From assembly GCA_022781515.1 (NCBI GenBank), contig JALETI010000022.1:1-60048 (forward strand): 60,048 nt of DNA, in the 5' to 3' direction. The translations under genes were made by a program, and so were the position numbers. Below are positions 39,502 to 50,148 of the stretch, piece after piece. Numbering within the stretch: the stretch's first letter is position 1; the number at the start of each line of letters is the position of its first letter. Source of the DNA: Lachnospiraceae bacterium (lineage in GTDB: Bacteria > Bacillota > Clostridia > Lachnospirales > Lachnospiraceae). The notes beneath the pieces are model-generated. The model searched no databases, was not told the origin of the DNA, and worked only from the letters and a program-made list of their open reading frames with translations.

Positions 39502-40541
39502 AACTGATTGGTATCATTTTATCCGTTCTGGCGTTCAGCATTCTGATTATTTCCCATGAACTGGGGCATTTTCTTCTGGCGAAGATGAATGGAATCTATG
39601 TGGAAGAGTTTTCCGTGGGTATGGGTCCGACTCTGCTTTCCTGGCAGGGAAAGGAAACACGGTATTCACTGAAGGCGTTTCCCTTTGGCGGTTCCTGTAT
39701 GATGATGGGAGAGGATGAGAACAGCAGTGATGAACGTGCTTTCGGCAATAAAGGAGTTTTGGCACGAATTTCCGTACTGGCTGCAGGTCCGGCTTTTAAT
39801 TTTATTCTTTCTTTTATACTGGCCGTTATTGTATTGGGCAGTATGGGTATTGATGACCCGGTTCTTTCCGGTGTTCTGAATGGATATCCGGCAGAAGAAG
39901 CCGGCATGCAGGCAGGAGACCGGCTGGTAAAACTGAATTCGGAAAAAATCCATGTATACCGGGATGTGATATTATATCTGACGATTCATGCCGGAGAGCC
40001 TCTGGATGTTGTATATGAACGGGATGGTGAGCTTCTTCAGACACAGATTACACCAAAGTTCAGTGAGGAATACGACACCTATATGATGGGAATTGAGGTC
40101 AGTTCGGAACGTGTCAGAAAAGGACTGCTGGAAACCCTGGGATATGGATTGAATGAAGTGGCTTACTGGATCCGATATACGTTGATTTCATTAAAAATGA
40201 TGATATCCGGTCAGGTGTCTGTACAGGATGTATCCGGACCGGTCGGAATGGTTTCCACCATGACAGACATGGTGGAGGAGAGCAGTACCAGCGGTCTGTT
40301 CTATATATTTGTGAATCTGGCCAATGTCTGTATTCTGTTAAGTGCCAATCTGGGTGTACTGAATCTGCTTCCGTTGCCGGCACTGGATGGCGGAAGACTG
40401 CTCTTCTGTCTGATTGAACTGGTCAGAGGCAAACCGGTAAAGCAGGAATTTGAAGCAGTGGTGCATGCCATCGGTCTGATGATGCTGCTGGGATTCAGCA
40501 TGCTGATTCTGTTTAAAGATATCTGGCAGCTGGCAGGATAA
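39489..40541 (+). CDS. rseP: RIP metalloprotease RseP
   Basis: HELGH, PDZ segment, NLLPLPALDGG. Confidence 0.95.
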   Translation: MESLKLIGIILSVLAFSILIISHELGHFLLAKMNGIYVEEFSVGMGPTLLSWQGKETRYSLKAFPFGGSCMMMGEDENSSDERAFGNKGVLARISVLAAGPAFNFILSFILAVIVLGSMGIDDPVLSGVLNGYPAEEAGMQAGDRLVKLNSEKIHVYRDVILYLTIHAGEPLDVVYERDGELLQTQITPKFSEEYDTYMMGIEVSSERVRKGLLETLGYGLNEVAYWIRYTLISLKMMISGQVSVQDVSGPVGMVSTMTDMVEESSTSGLFYIFVNLANVCILLSANLGVLNLLPLPALDGGRLLFCLIELVRGKPVKQEFEAVVHAIGLMMLLGFSMLILFKDIWQLAG

Positions 40542-40620
40542 CCTGCAGAAGATATCCCTTTGCAAACCGGGTCCGGCGCCGATCTCCCCCGGCGTCGATT
40601 TGAATTTTAGGAGGTAAAAT

Positions 40621-41670
40621 ATGTTAAGAAATCAGACCCATGAAGTAAAAATCGGTGATCGAATCATCGGGGGAAATTATCCCGTTCTGATTCAGTCCAT
40701 GACCAATACGAGAACCGATGATATAGAAGCAACTGTTGAACAGATACTCCGTCTGGAGGAGGCAGGATGTGAAATTATCCGCAGTACGGTTCCCGATGAA
40801 GCGGCAGCAAAGGCGCTGGACCGGATCCGTTCCAGAATCCATATTCCCCTGGTTGCGGATATTCATTTTGATTACCGGATGGCAATCATGGCCATTGAAA
40901 ACGGCGCAGACAAAATCCGCATCAATCCCGGCAACATCGGAAAAAGAGAGCGGATTCAGGCTGTTGTGGATAAGGCAAGAGAATATAATGTCCCGATTCG
41001 TGTGGGTGTCAACAGCGGTTCTCTGGAGAAAAATATTGTGGAAAAATATGGCAGAGTAACCGCAGAAGGACTGGTGGAAAGTGCACTGGACAAGGTGAAA
41101 CTGATTGAAGATATGGGCTATGGCAATCTGGTGATCAGCATCAAATCCTCCAATGTACCCATGTGTGCAAAGGCCCATGAACTTCTGGCCCCCAGAACCG
41201 ATCATCCGCTTCATGTGGGAATAACGGAGTCCGGTACCGTTATGTCCGGAAGCATCAAATCGGCAGCAGGTCTGGGAATTATTCTGTATGCCGGCATTGG
41301 CAACACCATTCGTGTTTCTCTCACCGGGGATCCGGTGGAGGAAATTAAGGCGGCTAAAATGATTCTGCGTGATCTCGGACTTCGGACAGGCGGCGTGGAA
41401 GTTATATCCTGTCCCACCTGCGGGCGTACGAAAATCGACCTGATTTCCCTTGCCAATAAAGTGGAAACCATGGTTGCAGGAATTGAAAAACCGCTTAAAG
41501 TGGCTGTGATGGGCTGTGTTGTAAACGGACCCGGTGAAGCAAAGGAAGCAGATCTGGGCATTGCAGGAGGAATCGGTGAAGGTCTTCTGATTCGAAAAGG
41601 AGAAATTATCCGTAAACTGCCGGAGGATCAGCTGCTGCCTGCATTAATGGAAGAAATCCGGAAATTTTAA
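40621..41670 (+). CDS. ispG: (E)-4-hydroxy-3-methylbut-2-enyl-diphosphate synthase
   Basis: IQSMTNT, VADIHF, RINPGN, SCPTCGR, MGCVVNGPGE. Confidence 0.97.
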   Translation: MLRNQTHEVKIGDRIIGGNYPVLIQSMTNTRTDDIEATVEQILRLEEAGCEIIRSTVPDEAAAKALDRIRSRIHIPLVADIHFDYRMAIMAIENGADKIRINPGNIGKRERIQAVVDKAREYNVPIRVGVNSGSLEKNIVEKYGRVTAEGLVESALDKVKLIEDMGYGNLVISIKSSNVPMCAKAHELLAPRTDHPLHVGITESGTVMSGSIKSAAGLGIILYAGIGNTIRVSLTGDPVEEIKAAKMILRDLGLRTGGVEVISCPTCGRTKIDLISLANKVETMVAGIEKPLKVAVMGCVVNGPGEAKEADLGIAGGIGEGLLIRKGEIIRKLPEDQLLPALMEEIRKF

Positions 41671-41708
41671 AGGGATCCGGAAAATAGATTAGAAGAAAAA
41701 GGTGAAGC

Positions 41709-44700
41709 ATGTCAAAAACTTTTACAGAAGTATTGCCCGGTTTCCAGGGATCTGCAGAAACCGAACCGATTTTGAAATGGATTGTCATTCAGCGTGTTTC
41801 CAGAAGCCGGGCACTGGATACCATTTCCATTTATCTGACTGCAGAACGTCTGATCCCCAAGCGTTTGATATACAAGCTGGAAGGCGAAATCAAAAAGCAG
41901 TATTTTTCTACGTCCGGTACAAAAATCCGGATATTTGAAGATTATCGTTTATCCGATGCCTGGTCGGCATCCTATCTGCTGGAACAGTACAGAGACAGCC
42001 TTCTTCTGGAACTGAAGTATTACAGTCATCTGCTGTATAACATGTTTGATCATGCGGAACTGATTTTTCCTGCCGAAGATGAACTGATGGTGGAAGTGGA
42101 TGACAATCTGATTGCCCGATCAAAAGGACAGGAGCTGGAGAAGATTCTCCACAAAGTTCTGAATGAGCGTTTTCATATGAATATTCTGGTTCGTCTGATC
42201 TATGTGAAGCATGACAAAGAAGCGCAGGTCAGACGTGAGGAGCAGGAGAGCTTCATTGAACAGGAAACCCGGAAAATTGTAGATGAGATCATGAAACGGA
42301 AACAGGAAGTGGGGGAAGAGAAAGAAGAATTCCTCACCGCCGGTAAACAGGAAAAAAAGAAAACTTCTGAAAAAGCGGTTGTTTCTGCCGGAAAACAAAA
42401 GAATACGGATATGTCTGCCGGAAAACAAAAGCAGACATCCGCAGCGGATTCTTCCGCATCGAAAAGCAAATACCAGAAAGGTTTTACAGGCAAAAAGAAT
42501 TATTCCAATGGAGAAGCCAGAAATTATCCGAAAAAATCGGAGGATATGATCTATGGAAGGTATTTTGAAGGACCTGCAGTTCCGCTGGAAGAAATTCAGG
42601 GTGAAATGGGTGAGGTCATTGTTCATGGTGAAATCCGGGATGTGGAATTCAAAGAATTGAAAACCGGAAGTACAATCTGTCTGTTCCATCTCTTTGACGG
42701 CACCGATACCATTGGTGTCAAAACTTTCTCCCGGGCGGACATGGTGGAGGATCTGAAGACAGGAATAAAAAAAGGAAGCTATGTTGCAGTGAAGGGAATT
42801 GCCGCACTGGACAGCTTCGACCGTGAAGTTTCCGTTTCGTCTGTCCGTGGAATTAAAAAAGAAGCAGCCCCGGAAAAACATGTTCGGATGGATAAAAGTC
42901 CGAAGAAGAGGGTAGAACTTCACTGTCATACCAAATTCAGTGAACTGGATTCGGTTGCGGATGTATCAGAACTGATGAAAACCGTTTATGATTGGGACAT
43001 GCCGGCCCTTGCCATAACCGATCACGGAAATGTACAGGCATTTACGGAAGCGTTTCACAGACTGGATTCGAAGAAATCCTTCAAAATGCTTTATGGCATG
43101 GAAGGATATCTGGTGGACGATCTGATCAATATCGTTGAAAATCCAGGTGACTTTACTCTGGATGATACCTTTGTCGTATTTGATCTGGAAACCACCGGTC
43201 TGAACAATAATGTACATAAGATTATCGAAATCGGTGCTGTAAAAGTGGAAAAAGGTGTGGTAGTTGACCGCTTTTCTGCTTTTGTAAATCCCCATGAACC
43301 CATCAGCTTTGAAATTGAGGAACTGACGGGAATCAATGATTCGATGGTGAAGGATGCAGACAGCATAGAGAAAGTGCTTCCTGAATTTCTGCAGTTCTGT
43401 GAAGGGGCTGCCCTGGTTGGTCATAACGCATCCTTTGATGTGAATTTTATACTGAAAAATGCAAAGAATCTCCATATTCCACTTGAAAATGTCTGCTGGC
43501 TCTGTACCATGCGTATGGCGCGGTTTTTCTTTCCCAACAGCAAGAAAGCAACCCTTGACCATGTGGCGAAGGAACTGGGAATTACGCTGAATAATCACCA
43601 TCGTGCAGTGAATGATGCCGAGTGTACAGCCGGCATTTTTATTGAGTTCATAAAAAAATTCAAAGAGCGCAAGGTCTTTACCCTGAAGGATGTAAATCGG
43701 GTTTCGGCTGCCACACCGGAACTGATCCGGAAAAATCCCCAGGTATATCATATTGTAATGATAGCCAAGAATGATCTGGGCCGGGTGAATCTGTATCGTC
43801 TGGTTTCCGAATCTCACCTGACCTATTTCAACCGAAGACCCAGAATCCCCAAATCCCTGCTGATGGAAAACCGGGAAGGTCTGATTATCGGTTCGGCCTG
43901 TGAGGCAGGGGAACTGTTTCAGGCCATTCTGCTGGGGGTGGATGATGCAAGAATTACAGAGCTGGTAAATTTTTATGATTATCTGGAAATTCAGCCCATC
44001 TGCAACAACCGGTTTATGCTGAAACAGTCAAAGTATGGTGTATCATCGGATGAGGATCTTCAGGAACTGAACCGAAAGATTTACAATCTGGGCAAGGTAT
44101 TTAACAAACCGGTGGTTGCCACCTGTGACTCCCATTTCATGAAACCGGAGGATGCCATTTACCGCAGCATTATTCTTGCGGGACAGGGTTTTAAAGATAC
44201 CGATGAAGCTACGCCGCTTTATTTCCGCACCACCGAAGAAATGCTGGATGAATTCCGTTATCTGGGGGATAAAGAAGCGGAAGAAGTGGTTATCACCAAT
44301 ACCAACCTGATTGCCGATATGTGCGACCGGATTGAGCCGGTACGGCCGGATAAGTGCCCGCCGGTTATTGAAAATTCTGACAGAGACCTGCGCGATATGT
44401 GTTATGAAAAGGCCCACAGCATCTACGGGGAAGAACTTCCCCAGGTGGTGGTGGACCGTCTGGAAAAGGAACTGCATTCCATTATCAGTAACGGATTTGC
44501 CGTTATGTATATTATTGCGCAGAAACTGGTGTGGAAATCCAATGAAGATGGCTATCTGGTTGGTTCCCGTGGTTCCGTAGGTTCTTCCTTTGTGGCTACC
44601 ATGTCCGGTATTACAGAAGTAAACCCGCTGAGTCCCCATTATTATTGTTCGGAATGCCATTATTATGACTTTGATTCCGAGGAAGTACGGGCCTTCAGCG

Positions 44701-46280
44701 GTATGGCAGGCTGTGATATGCCGGATAAAAAATGTCCGGTATGCGGTGCCCCTCTTCATAAAGATGGGTTTGATATTCCTTTCGAAACCTTCCTTGGTTT
44801 TAAAGGCGATAAAGAACCGGATATCGACCTGAACTTTTCGGGAGAATATCAGAGTAAAGCCCACGATTATACAGAAGTGATTTTCGGAAAGGGAAATACC
44901 TTCCGTGCCGGCACCATTGGTACACTGGCGGATAAAACCGCCTTTGGTTACGTAAAGAAATATTATGAAGAGCGTGGTATTACAAAACGGCGCTGTGAAA
45001 TGGAACGGATTGCCTCCGGCTTCGTGGGCGTAAAACGCGGTACCGGACAGCATCCGGGCGGCATCATCGTAATGCCCCATGGGGAGGAAATCTATTCTTT
45101 TACACCGGTTCAGCATCCGGCCAATGATATGACCACAAAGACCATTACCACACACTTTGATTACCATTCCATTGACCACAACCTTCTGAAGCTGGATATT
45201 CTGGGCCATGATGATCCCACCATGATCCGTATGCTGGAGGATCTGATTGGCATTGATGCCAGAACGATTCCTTTGGATAACAAAGAAGTTATGAGTCTTT
45301 TCCGCAGTACGGATGCGCTGGGTATTACCCCGGATGACATTGACGGTACCCCTCTGGGAACGTTGGGGATTCCGGAATTCGGTACGGATTTTGCCATGCA
45401 GATGTTAATTGACACCCAGCCCAAGTATTTCTCTGACCTGGTCCGTATTGCCGGACTGGCCCACGGAACAGATGTTTGGCTGGGAAATGCACAGGATCTG
45501 ATCGTTAGTGGTACGGCAACCATTCAGACGGCAATCTGTACCCGAGATGATATTATGATTTATCTGATCGGAAAGGGAATGGATTCGGAAAAATCCTTTA
45601 AGCTGATGGAAAAAGTCCGAAAAGGCAAAGGACTGACACCGGAGGAACAGGAAGCCATGCGGGAAAACAATGTACCGGAATGGTACATTCAGTCCTGTCT
45701 GAAAATCAAATATATGTTCCCCAAGGCCCATGCCGCTGCCTACGTTATGATGGCATGGAGAATCGCTTACTGTAAGATTTTCTATCCGCTGGAATATTAT
45801 ACGGCTTATTTTTCCATTCGTGCAGATGCGTTCAATTATGAACTGATGTGTCTGGGACGGGAAGTTCTGGATCGGCATCTCCATATTCTGCAGAACAGTA
45901 CGGAAAAAATCAGTGCCATGGAAAAAACCATGATCAAAGATATGCGTATCGTTCAGGAAATGTATGCACGGGGATTTGAATTTATGCCAATCGATATATA
46001 TAAAGCAAAGGCAACCCGGTTCCAGATCATTGACGGTAAAATCATGCCATCTTTTGCAAGTATTGACGGTCTGGGAGAAACGGTAGCGGTTAAGATCGAA
46101 GAAGCAGCAAAGGATGGACAGTTTCTGTCACTGGAAGATTTTGCAGCCAGAACCAAGGCCACTTCAACCAATATTGCCGTTATGAAGCGTCTTGGCCTGT
46201 TCGGCGACATTCCCGATACCAATCAGCTGGATTTCCTCAGCATGATCGCAGACTGGGACAGCAATCAAGGGGTGGAATAA
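41709..46280 (+). CDS. polC: DNA polymerase III PolC-type
   Basis: OB fold, PHP (VELHCHT, ITDH), embedded exonuclease (VFDLETTG, HHRAVND), VGSRGSVGSS, PDIDLNFSG, YMFPKAH. Confidence 0.97.
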   Translation: MSKTFTEVLPGFQGSAETEPILKWIVIQRVSRSRALDTISIYLTAERLIPKRLIYKLEGEIKKQYFSTSGTKIRIFEDYRLSDAWSASYLLEQYRDSLLLELKYYSHLLYNMFDHAELIFPAEDELMVEVDDNLIARSKGQELEKILHKVLNERFHMNILVRLIYVKHDKEAQVRREEQESFIEQETRKIVDEIMKRKQEVGEEKEEFLTAGKQEKKKTSEKAVVSAGKQKNTDMSAGKQKQTSAADSSASKSKYQKGFTGKKNYSNGEARNYPKKSEDMIYGRYFEGPAVPLEEIQGEMGEVIVHGEIRDVEFKELKTGSTICLFHLFDGTDTIGVKTFSRADMVEDLKTGIKKGSYVAVKGIAALDSFDREVSVSSVRGIKKEAAPEKHVRMDKSPKKRVELHCHTKFSELDSVADVSELMKTVYDWDMPALAITDHGNVQAFTEAFHRLDSKKSFKMLYGMEGYLVDDLINIVENPGDFTLDDTFVVFDLETTGLNNNVHKIIEIGAVKVEKGVVVDRFSAFVNPHEPISFEIEELTGINDSMVKDADSIEKVLPEFLQFCEGAALVGHNASFDVNFILKNAKNLHIPLENVCWLCTMRMARFFFPNSKKATLDHVAKELGITLNNHHRAVNDAECTAGIFIEFIKKFKERKVFTLKDVNRVSAATPELIRKNPQVYHIVMIAKNDLGRVNLYRLVSESHLTYFNRRPRIPKSLLMENREGLIIGSACEAGELFQAILLGVDDARITELVNFYDYLEIQPICNNRFMLKQSKYGVSSDEDLQELNRKIYNLGKVFNKPVVATCDSHFMKPEDAIYRSIILAGQGFKDTDEATPLYFRTTEEMLDEFRYLGDKEAEEVVITNTNLIADMCDRIEPVRPDKCPPVIENSDRDLRDMCYEKAHSIYGEELPQVVVDRLEKELHSIISNGFAVMYIIAQKLVWKSNEDGYLVGSRGSVGSSFVATMSGITEVNPLSPHYYCSECHYYDFDSEEVRAFSGMAGCDMPDKKCPVCGAPLHKDGFDIPFETFLGFKGDKEPDIDLNFSGEYQSKAHDYTEVIFGKGNTFRAGTIGTLADKTAFGYVKKYYEERGITKRRCEMERIASGFVGVKRGTGQHPGGIIVMPHGEEIYSFTPVQHPANDMTTKTITTHFDYHSIDHNLLKLDILGHDDPTMIRMLEDLIGIDARTIPLDNKEVMSLFRSTDALGITPDDIDGTPLGTLGIPEFGTDFAMQMLIDTQPKYFSDLVRIAGLAHGTDVWLGNAQDLIVSGTATIQTAICTRDDIMIYLIGKGMDSEKSFKLMEKVRKGKGLTPEEQEAMRENNVPEWYIQSCLKIKYMFPKAHAAAYVMMAWRIAYCKIFYPLEYYTAYFSIRADAFNYELMCLGREVLDRHLHILQNSTEKISAMEKTMIKDMRIVQEMYARGFEFMPIDIYKAKATRFQIIDGKIMPSFASIDGLGETVAVKIEEAAKDGQFLSLEDFAARTKATSTNIAVMKRLGLFGDIPDTNQLDFLSMIADWDSNQGVE
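42384..42431 (+). repeat. 18-bp direct repeat (x2, 30-bp period) in the polC linker
   Basis: TCTGCCGGAAAACAAAAG at 42384-42401 and 42414-42431; encodes SAGKQK. Confidence 0.8.
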
Positions 46281-46301
46281 GGGGAAAGGAAATGTTTATA
46301 T

Positions 46302-48260
46302 ATGAATAAATTAGCGTTAAGCGAAGAAATATTACTGAAAGTGGAAAAACCCGCCAGATACATCGGCGGTGAGTACAATGCAGTGGTCAAAGATCCTGCA
46401 AAGGTGAAAACCAGGATTGCCATGTGTTTTCCCGATGTATATGAAATCGGGATGTCCCATCTGGGCATGCAGATTTTATATGATATGTATAACCAGCGGG
46501 AGGATATCTGGTGCGAGCGTGTGTTTTCTCCCTGGCTGGATCTCCATGAGATCATGAAACAGGATCACATCCCGTTATTCGGTCTGGAATCCCAGGAGCC
46601 GATTAAAGATTTTGATTTTGTCGGTATTACCATTCAGTATGAAATGTGTTATACCAATATTCTTCAGATTCTGGATCTGGCGCAGATTCCTCTGCTTGCC
46701 TGCGAACGTTCCAATGAGGATCCCATCATTATCGGCGGAGGTCCCTGTACCTACAATCCGGAACCCATTGCGGATTTCTTTGATCTGTTCTATATCGGTG
46801 AAGGCGAGATCAACAACCTGAAGCTGGTGGATCTGTATCAGGAATGCAGGGCACAGGGATTTGACAGAAAGCAGTTTCTGATGAAGGCTTCACAGATTCC
46901 GGGCATTTACGTACCTTCCCTCTATGAAGTCACCTATCATGAAGATCAGACCATTGCTTCCTTCACACCGGTTTCTCCGGAGGTACCTGCAACGGTACGG
47001 AAAGTGGCAGCAGAGGATCTTTCTGCATTGTGTTATCCGGAAAAACCCATTGTTCCCTTTATCAAGGTTACCCAGGACAGAGGTGTACTGGAAGTGATGC
47101 GCGGTTGTATCCGGGGCTGCCGTTTTTGTCAGGCGGGCATGGTGTACCGTCCCAGAAGAGAACGGAAAACCGAGGATCTGCTGAAACTGGCTGAAAATAT
47201 TCTGAAAAATACCGGACATGAGGAACTGTCCCTCAGTTCCCTGAGTACCAGTGATTTCAGAGATCTGGCCGGTCTGATGAACGGACTGATCGATCACTGC
47301 AATGCACAACATGTGAACCTGTCCCTTCCTTCCCTGCGTATTGACTCCTTCTCTCTGGATATTATGAGTAAAGTGCAGGATATCAAAAAGAGCAGTCTGA
47401 CCTTTGCACCGGAAGCGGGTACCCAGCGTATGCGCAACCTGATCAACAAAGGACTGACGGAAGAAGATATTCTGGATGGTTCCAGAAAGGCCTTTCTCGG
47501 CGGATGGACCAAGGTGAAGCTGTACTTCATGCTGGGTCTTCCCACAGAGACCGTGGAAGATATGGAAGGAATTGCAGAGCTGGCCAACAAGATTGCGGCG
47601 GAGTACTTTGATGCCATCCCCAAGCCCGAACGGAAGGGAAGTGTACAGATTACATCCAGTACATCTTTCTTTATTCCCAAGCCCTTCACACCCCTGCAAT
47701 GGGCACCCATGTGTGAAATGGAAGAATATATTGAAAAAGCAGTGATTGTAAAGCGAGCCATGAAAAATCAGCTGAACCAGAAACGATTGAGCTATCAGTG
47801 GCATTCCCCGGAAGCATCCATTCTGGAAGGCATTTTTGCACGAGGTGACCGCCGTGTGGGAGGCGCTATCCTGAAAGCATATCAGGAAGGATGCATCTAT
47901 GACGCATGGTCCGAACAGTTTGATTATGAGAAATGGATGGGAATCCTGACAGAATGTGGTCTGGATTACCATTTCTATACCACAAGAGAAAGAAGCCTGG
48001 ATGAAATCTTCCCCTGGGATTTTATTGATGCAGGTGTCAGCAAAAAATTCCTGATCCGTGAATGGAAGAAAGCCATGGCAGAAGAAGTAACGCCCAACTG
48101 TGCAGAAAAATGTGCCGGCTGCAGTGCGGATCGTTACAGCAGATCTGCATGCCATGGGGAGCATCCCGTGTGTGCCGGGCAGGAATGTTCTGCTTCGGAA
48201 GGCTCATCTCTGAATAATGAAACCGACAGGATGGAGGAAAACCATGAAGATCAGAATTAA
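46302..48260 (+). CDS. B12-binding-like radical SAM protein (TIGR03960-type)
   Basis: VEKPARYIGGE, FPDVYEIGMS, RGCIRGCRFCQAG, FAPEAG, C-terminal Cys cluster. Confidence 0.9.
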   Translation: MNKLALSEEILLKVEKPARYIGGEYNAVVKDPAKVKTRIAMCFPDVYEIGMSHLGMQILYDMYNQREDIWCERVFSPWLDLHEIMKQDHIPLFGLESQEPIKDFDFVGITIQYEMCYTNILQILDLAQIPLLACERSNEDPIIIGGGPCTYNPEPIADFFDLFYIGEGEINNLKLVDLYQECRAQGFDRKQFLMKASQIPGIYVPSLYEVTYHEDQTIASFTPVSPEVPATVRKVAAEDLSALCYPEKPIVPFIKVTQDRGVLEVMRGCIRGCRFCQAGMVYRPRRERKTEDLLKLAENILKNTGHEELSLSSLSTSDFRDLAGLMNGLIDHCNAQHVNLSLPSLRIDSFSLDIMSKVQDIKKSSLTFAPEAGTQRMRNLINKGLTEEDILDGSRKAFLGGWTKVKLYFMLGLPTETVEDMEGIAELANKIAAEYFDAIPKPERKGSVQITSSTSFFIPKPFTPLQWAPMCEMEEYIEKAVIVKRAMKNQLNQKRLSYQWHSPEASILEGIFARGDRRVGGAILKAYQEGCIYDAWSEQFDYEKWMGILTECGLDYHFYTTRERSLDEIFPWDFIDAGVSKKFLIREWKKAMAEEVTPNCAEKCAGCSADRYSRSACHGEHPVCAGQECSASEGSSLNNETDRMEENHEDQN

Positions 48261-48960
48261 ATTTTCAAAAACAGGAAATCTGAAATATATCGGCCATCTT
48301 GATACCATGCGTTGTTTCCAGAAAATCATGCGCCGTGCAGAGGTGGACAGTGCTTATTCGGAAGGTTTCAGTCCCCATCAGATCATGAGCTTTGCCTCTC
48401 CTCTGGGGGTGGGAATGACATCGGAAGGAGAATATGTGGATATCGAAGTACTTTCCACGGAATCATCGGCAAAGATGATGGAACGGATCAACCGTGTTTC
48501 CGTTGACGGCATTCGGATTACCGGTTACGTAAAGCTTCCGGAAAAATCAAAAACAGCCATGTCCATGGTGGCTGCGGCTGATTATCTCCTTACCTTTGAT
48601 GTTCCTGTGGATCAGCAGACAAAGGATGCATTTGCAGAATTCCTGAAGCAGGAATCCGTTATCATTCATAAAAAAACAAAGAAGCAGGAACTGGATATGG
48701 AAATCCGTCCGCTGATATACAAAACCGAATTTTTGCAGAATGAGAAAGGACAGGATCAGCTGTTTCTGCAGGTTTCTGCAGGCAGCGCCGCTAATCTGAA
48801 ACCGGAACAGGTGATGGAAGCCTTTGCTGCATGGAGAAATGTTCCCGAGGGAAGTCTTCCCTTCCACAACCACCGTCTGGAGATGTATGCGGATCTGGCA
48901 AAGGAAAACCGGAAGAGAAAGCTGGTTTCTCTGGAAAGCCTGGGTGAGATCATTGAATAA
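48244..48960 (+). CDS. radical SAM-linked protein (TIGR03936/DUF2344-type)
   Basis: RIKFSK, YIGHLD, YSEGFSPH, FASPLGVG, SEGEY; overlaps the radical SAM gene. Confidence 0.88.
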   Translation: MKIRIKFSKTGNLKYIGHLDTMRCFQKIMRRAEVDSAYSEGFSPHQIMSFASPLGVGMTSEGEYVDIEVLSTESSAKMMERINRVSVDGIRITGYVKLPEKSKTAMSMVAAADYLLTFDVPVDQQTKDAFAEFLKQESVIIHKKTKKQELDMEIRPLIYKTEFLQNEKGQDQLFLQVSAGSAANLKPEQVMEAFAAWRNVPEGSLPFHNHRLEMYADLAKENRKRKLVSLESLGEIIE

Positions 48961-50136
48961 TGTGATGATCATTACCCGCAGAGAACAGGGAATTGCAGCT
49001 GCACTGAAGGAAGGAAACCGCATAACCGAGCTTCATGTGGAACAGGAAAAAGCCTTCCGGGTCGGTGATATTTTCATAGGGAAAATACAGAGTATTGTAA
49101 AAAACATCAATGCGGCCTTTGTGGATTTCGGCTGCGGGGTCAATGGATATCTGGCTCTGGACAAACAGGAGAGCTTTCTTTATACCAGACAGGCAAGAAG
49201 GGGTCTTCCGACCTGCGGTGACGAGATTCTGGTTCAGATTGCCAAGGAAGCGGTAAAAACCAAGCTTCCTGTACTGGAAGGGCATGTGAATCTCAGCGGA
49301 AGATATGCCGTTCTGATCATGGGGGAAAAGGGACTTGCTTTTTCCAGAAAAATTCACGATGATTTATTTCAGAAGGAAATCCGGCAGCAGCTGCAGGAAA
49401 AGGGCTGGCTTTCATCGGAATATGCACTGCTTCTGCGGACCAACAGCTATGAAGAAGAACGGGAAACGGTGCTTTCTGAAATCCGGTGTCTGATCGAACG
49501 ATATGAAAAAATCAGAAAAACAGCACCCTATCGGACCTGTTTTTCCTGTATGGAACGATCGACCACCCCTTTCTGGAACTGATCCGGGATTATCCGAAAA
49601 GTGATCCCCGGGAAGTGGTGACGGATCTGTCAGACGTGTATGAGGAAATCCGGGAGAAACTGCCGGATATTCCCGTGCATCTGTATACCGATGAAAAATT
49701 GTCCCTGACAGCATTGTATTCTCTGAACACAGCCTTCGATCATGCATTGGGAACGAGGGTATGGCTGAAATCCGGCGGGTATCTGATTCTGGAACCTACG
49801 GAAGCCCTGACGGTAATTGATGTGAATACCGGAAAATGTACGGATAAAATCAATAAAGAAAAGCATCTGTACCGAACCAATATGGAAGCTGCTGCGGAAA
49901 TTGCCGTACAGCTTCGGCTGCGCAATTACAGCGGTATCATACTGGTGGATTTTATAGATATGGAAAAAAAGGAGGATACGGAAGCACTCCTTCACTTTTT
50001 CAGACAATGTCTTTCAGAAGATCGGACAAAAACGACGCTTGTGGACATCACAAAACTGCATCTGGCAGAGGTGACACGGAAGCGCAGATACAGACCCCTG
50101 CATGAAGCCGTGCGGGAATTGAAAAAAGAAGGATAA
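48953..50136 (+). pseudogene. rng: ribonuclease E/G family gene split by a -1 frame change near 49567-49573 (pseudogene, sequencing error or programmed frameshift)
   Basis: 5' ORF (TTG 48953 to TGA 49582) has the S1 region VKNINAAFVD and QIAKEAVKTK. The -1 frame continues LELIRDY...LKSGGYLILEPTEALTVIDVNTG...SGIILVDFID to 50136. Confidence 0.8.
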
Positions 50137-50148
50137 CACAGGAGGGAT

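Noticed and set aside
49615-50136. Independent gene starting at GTG 49615
   Set aside because: The reading frame and RNase G-like sequence extend upstream to the frame break and there is no convincing SD; treated as the 3' half of rng.
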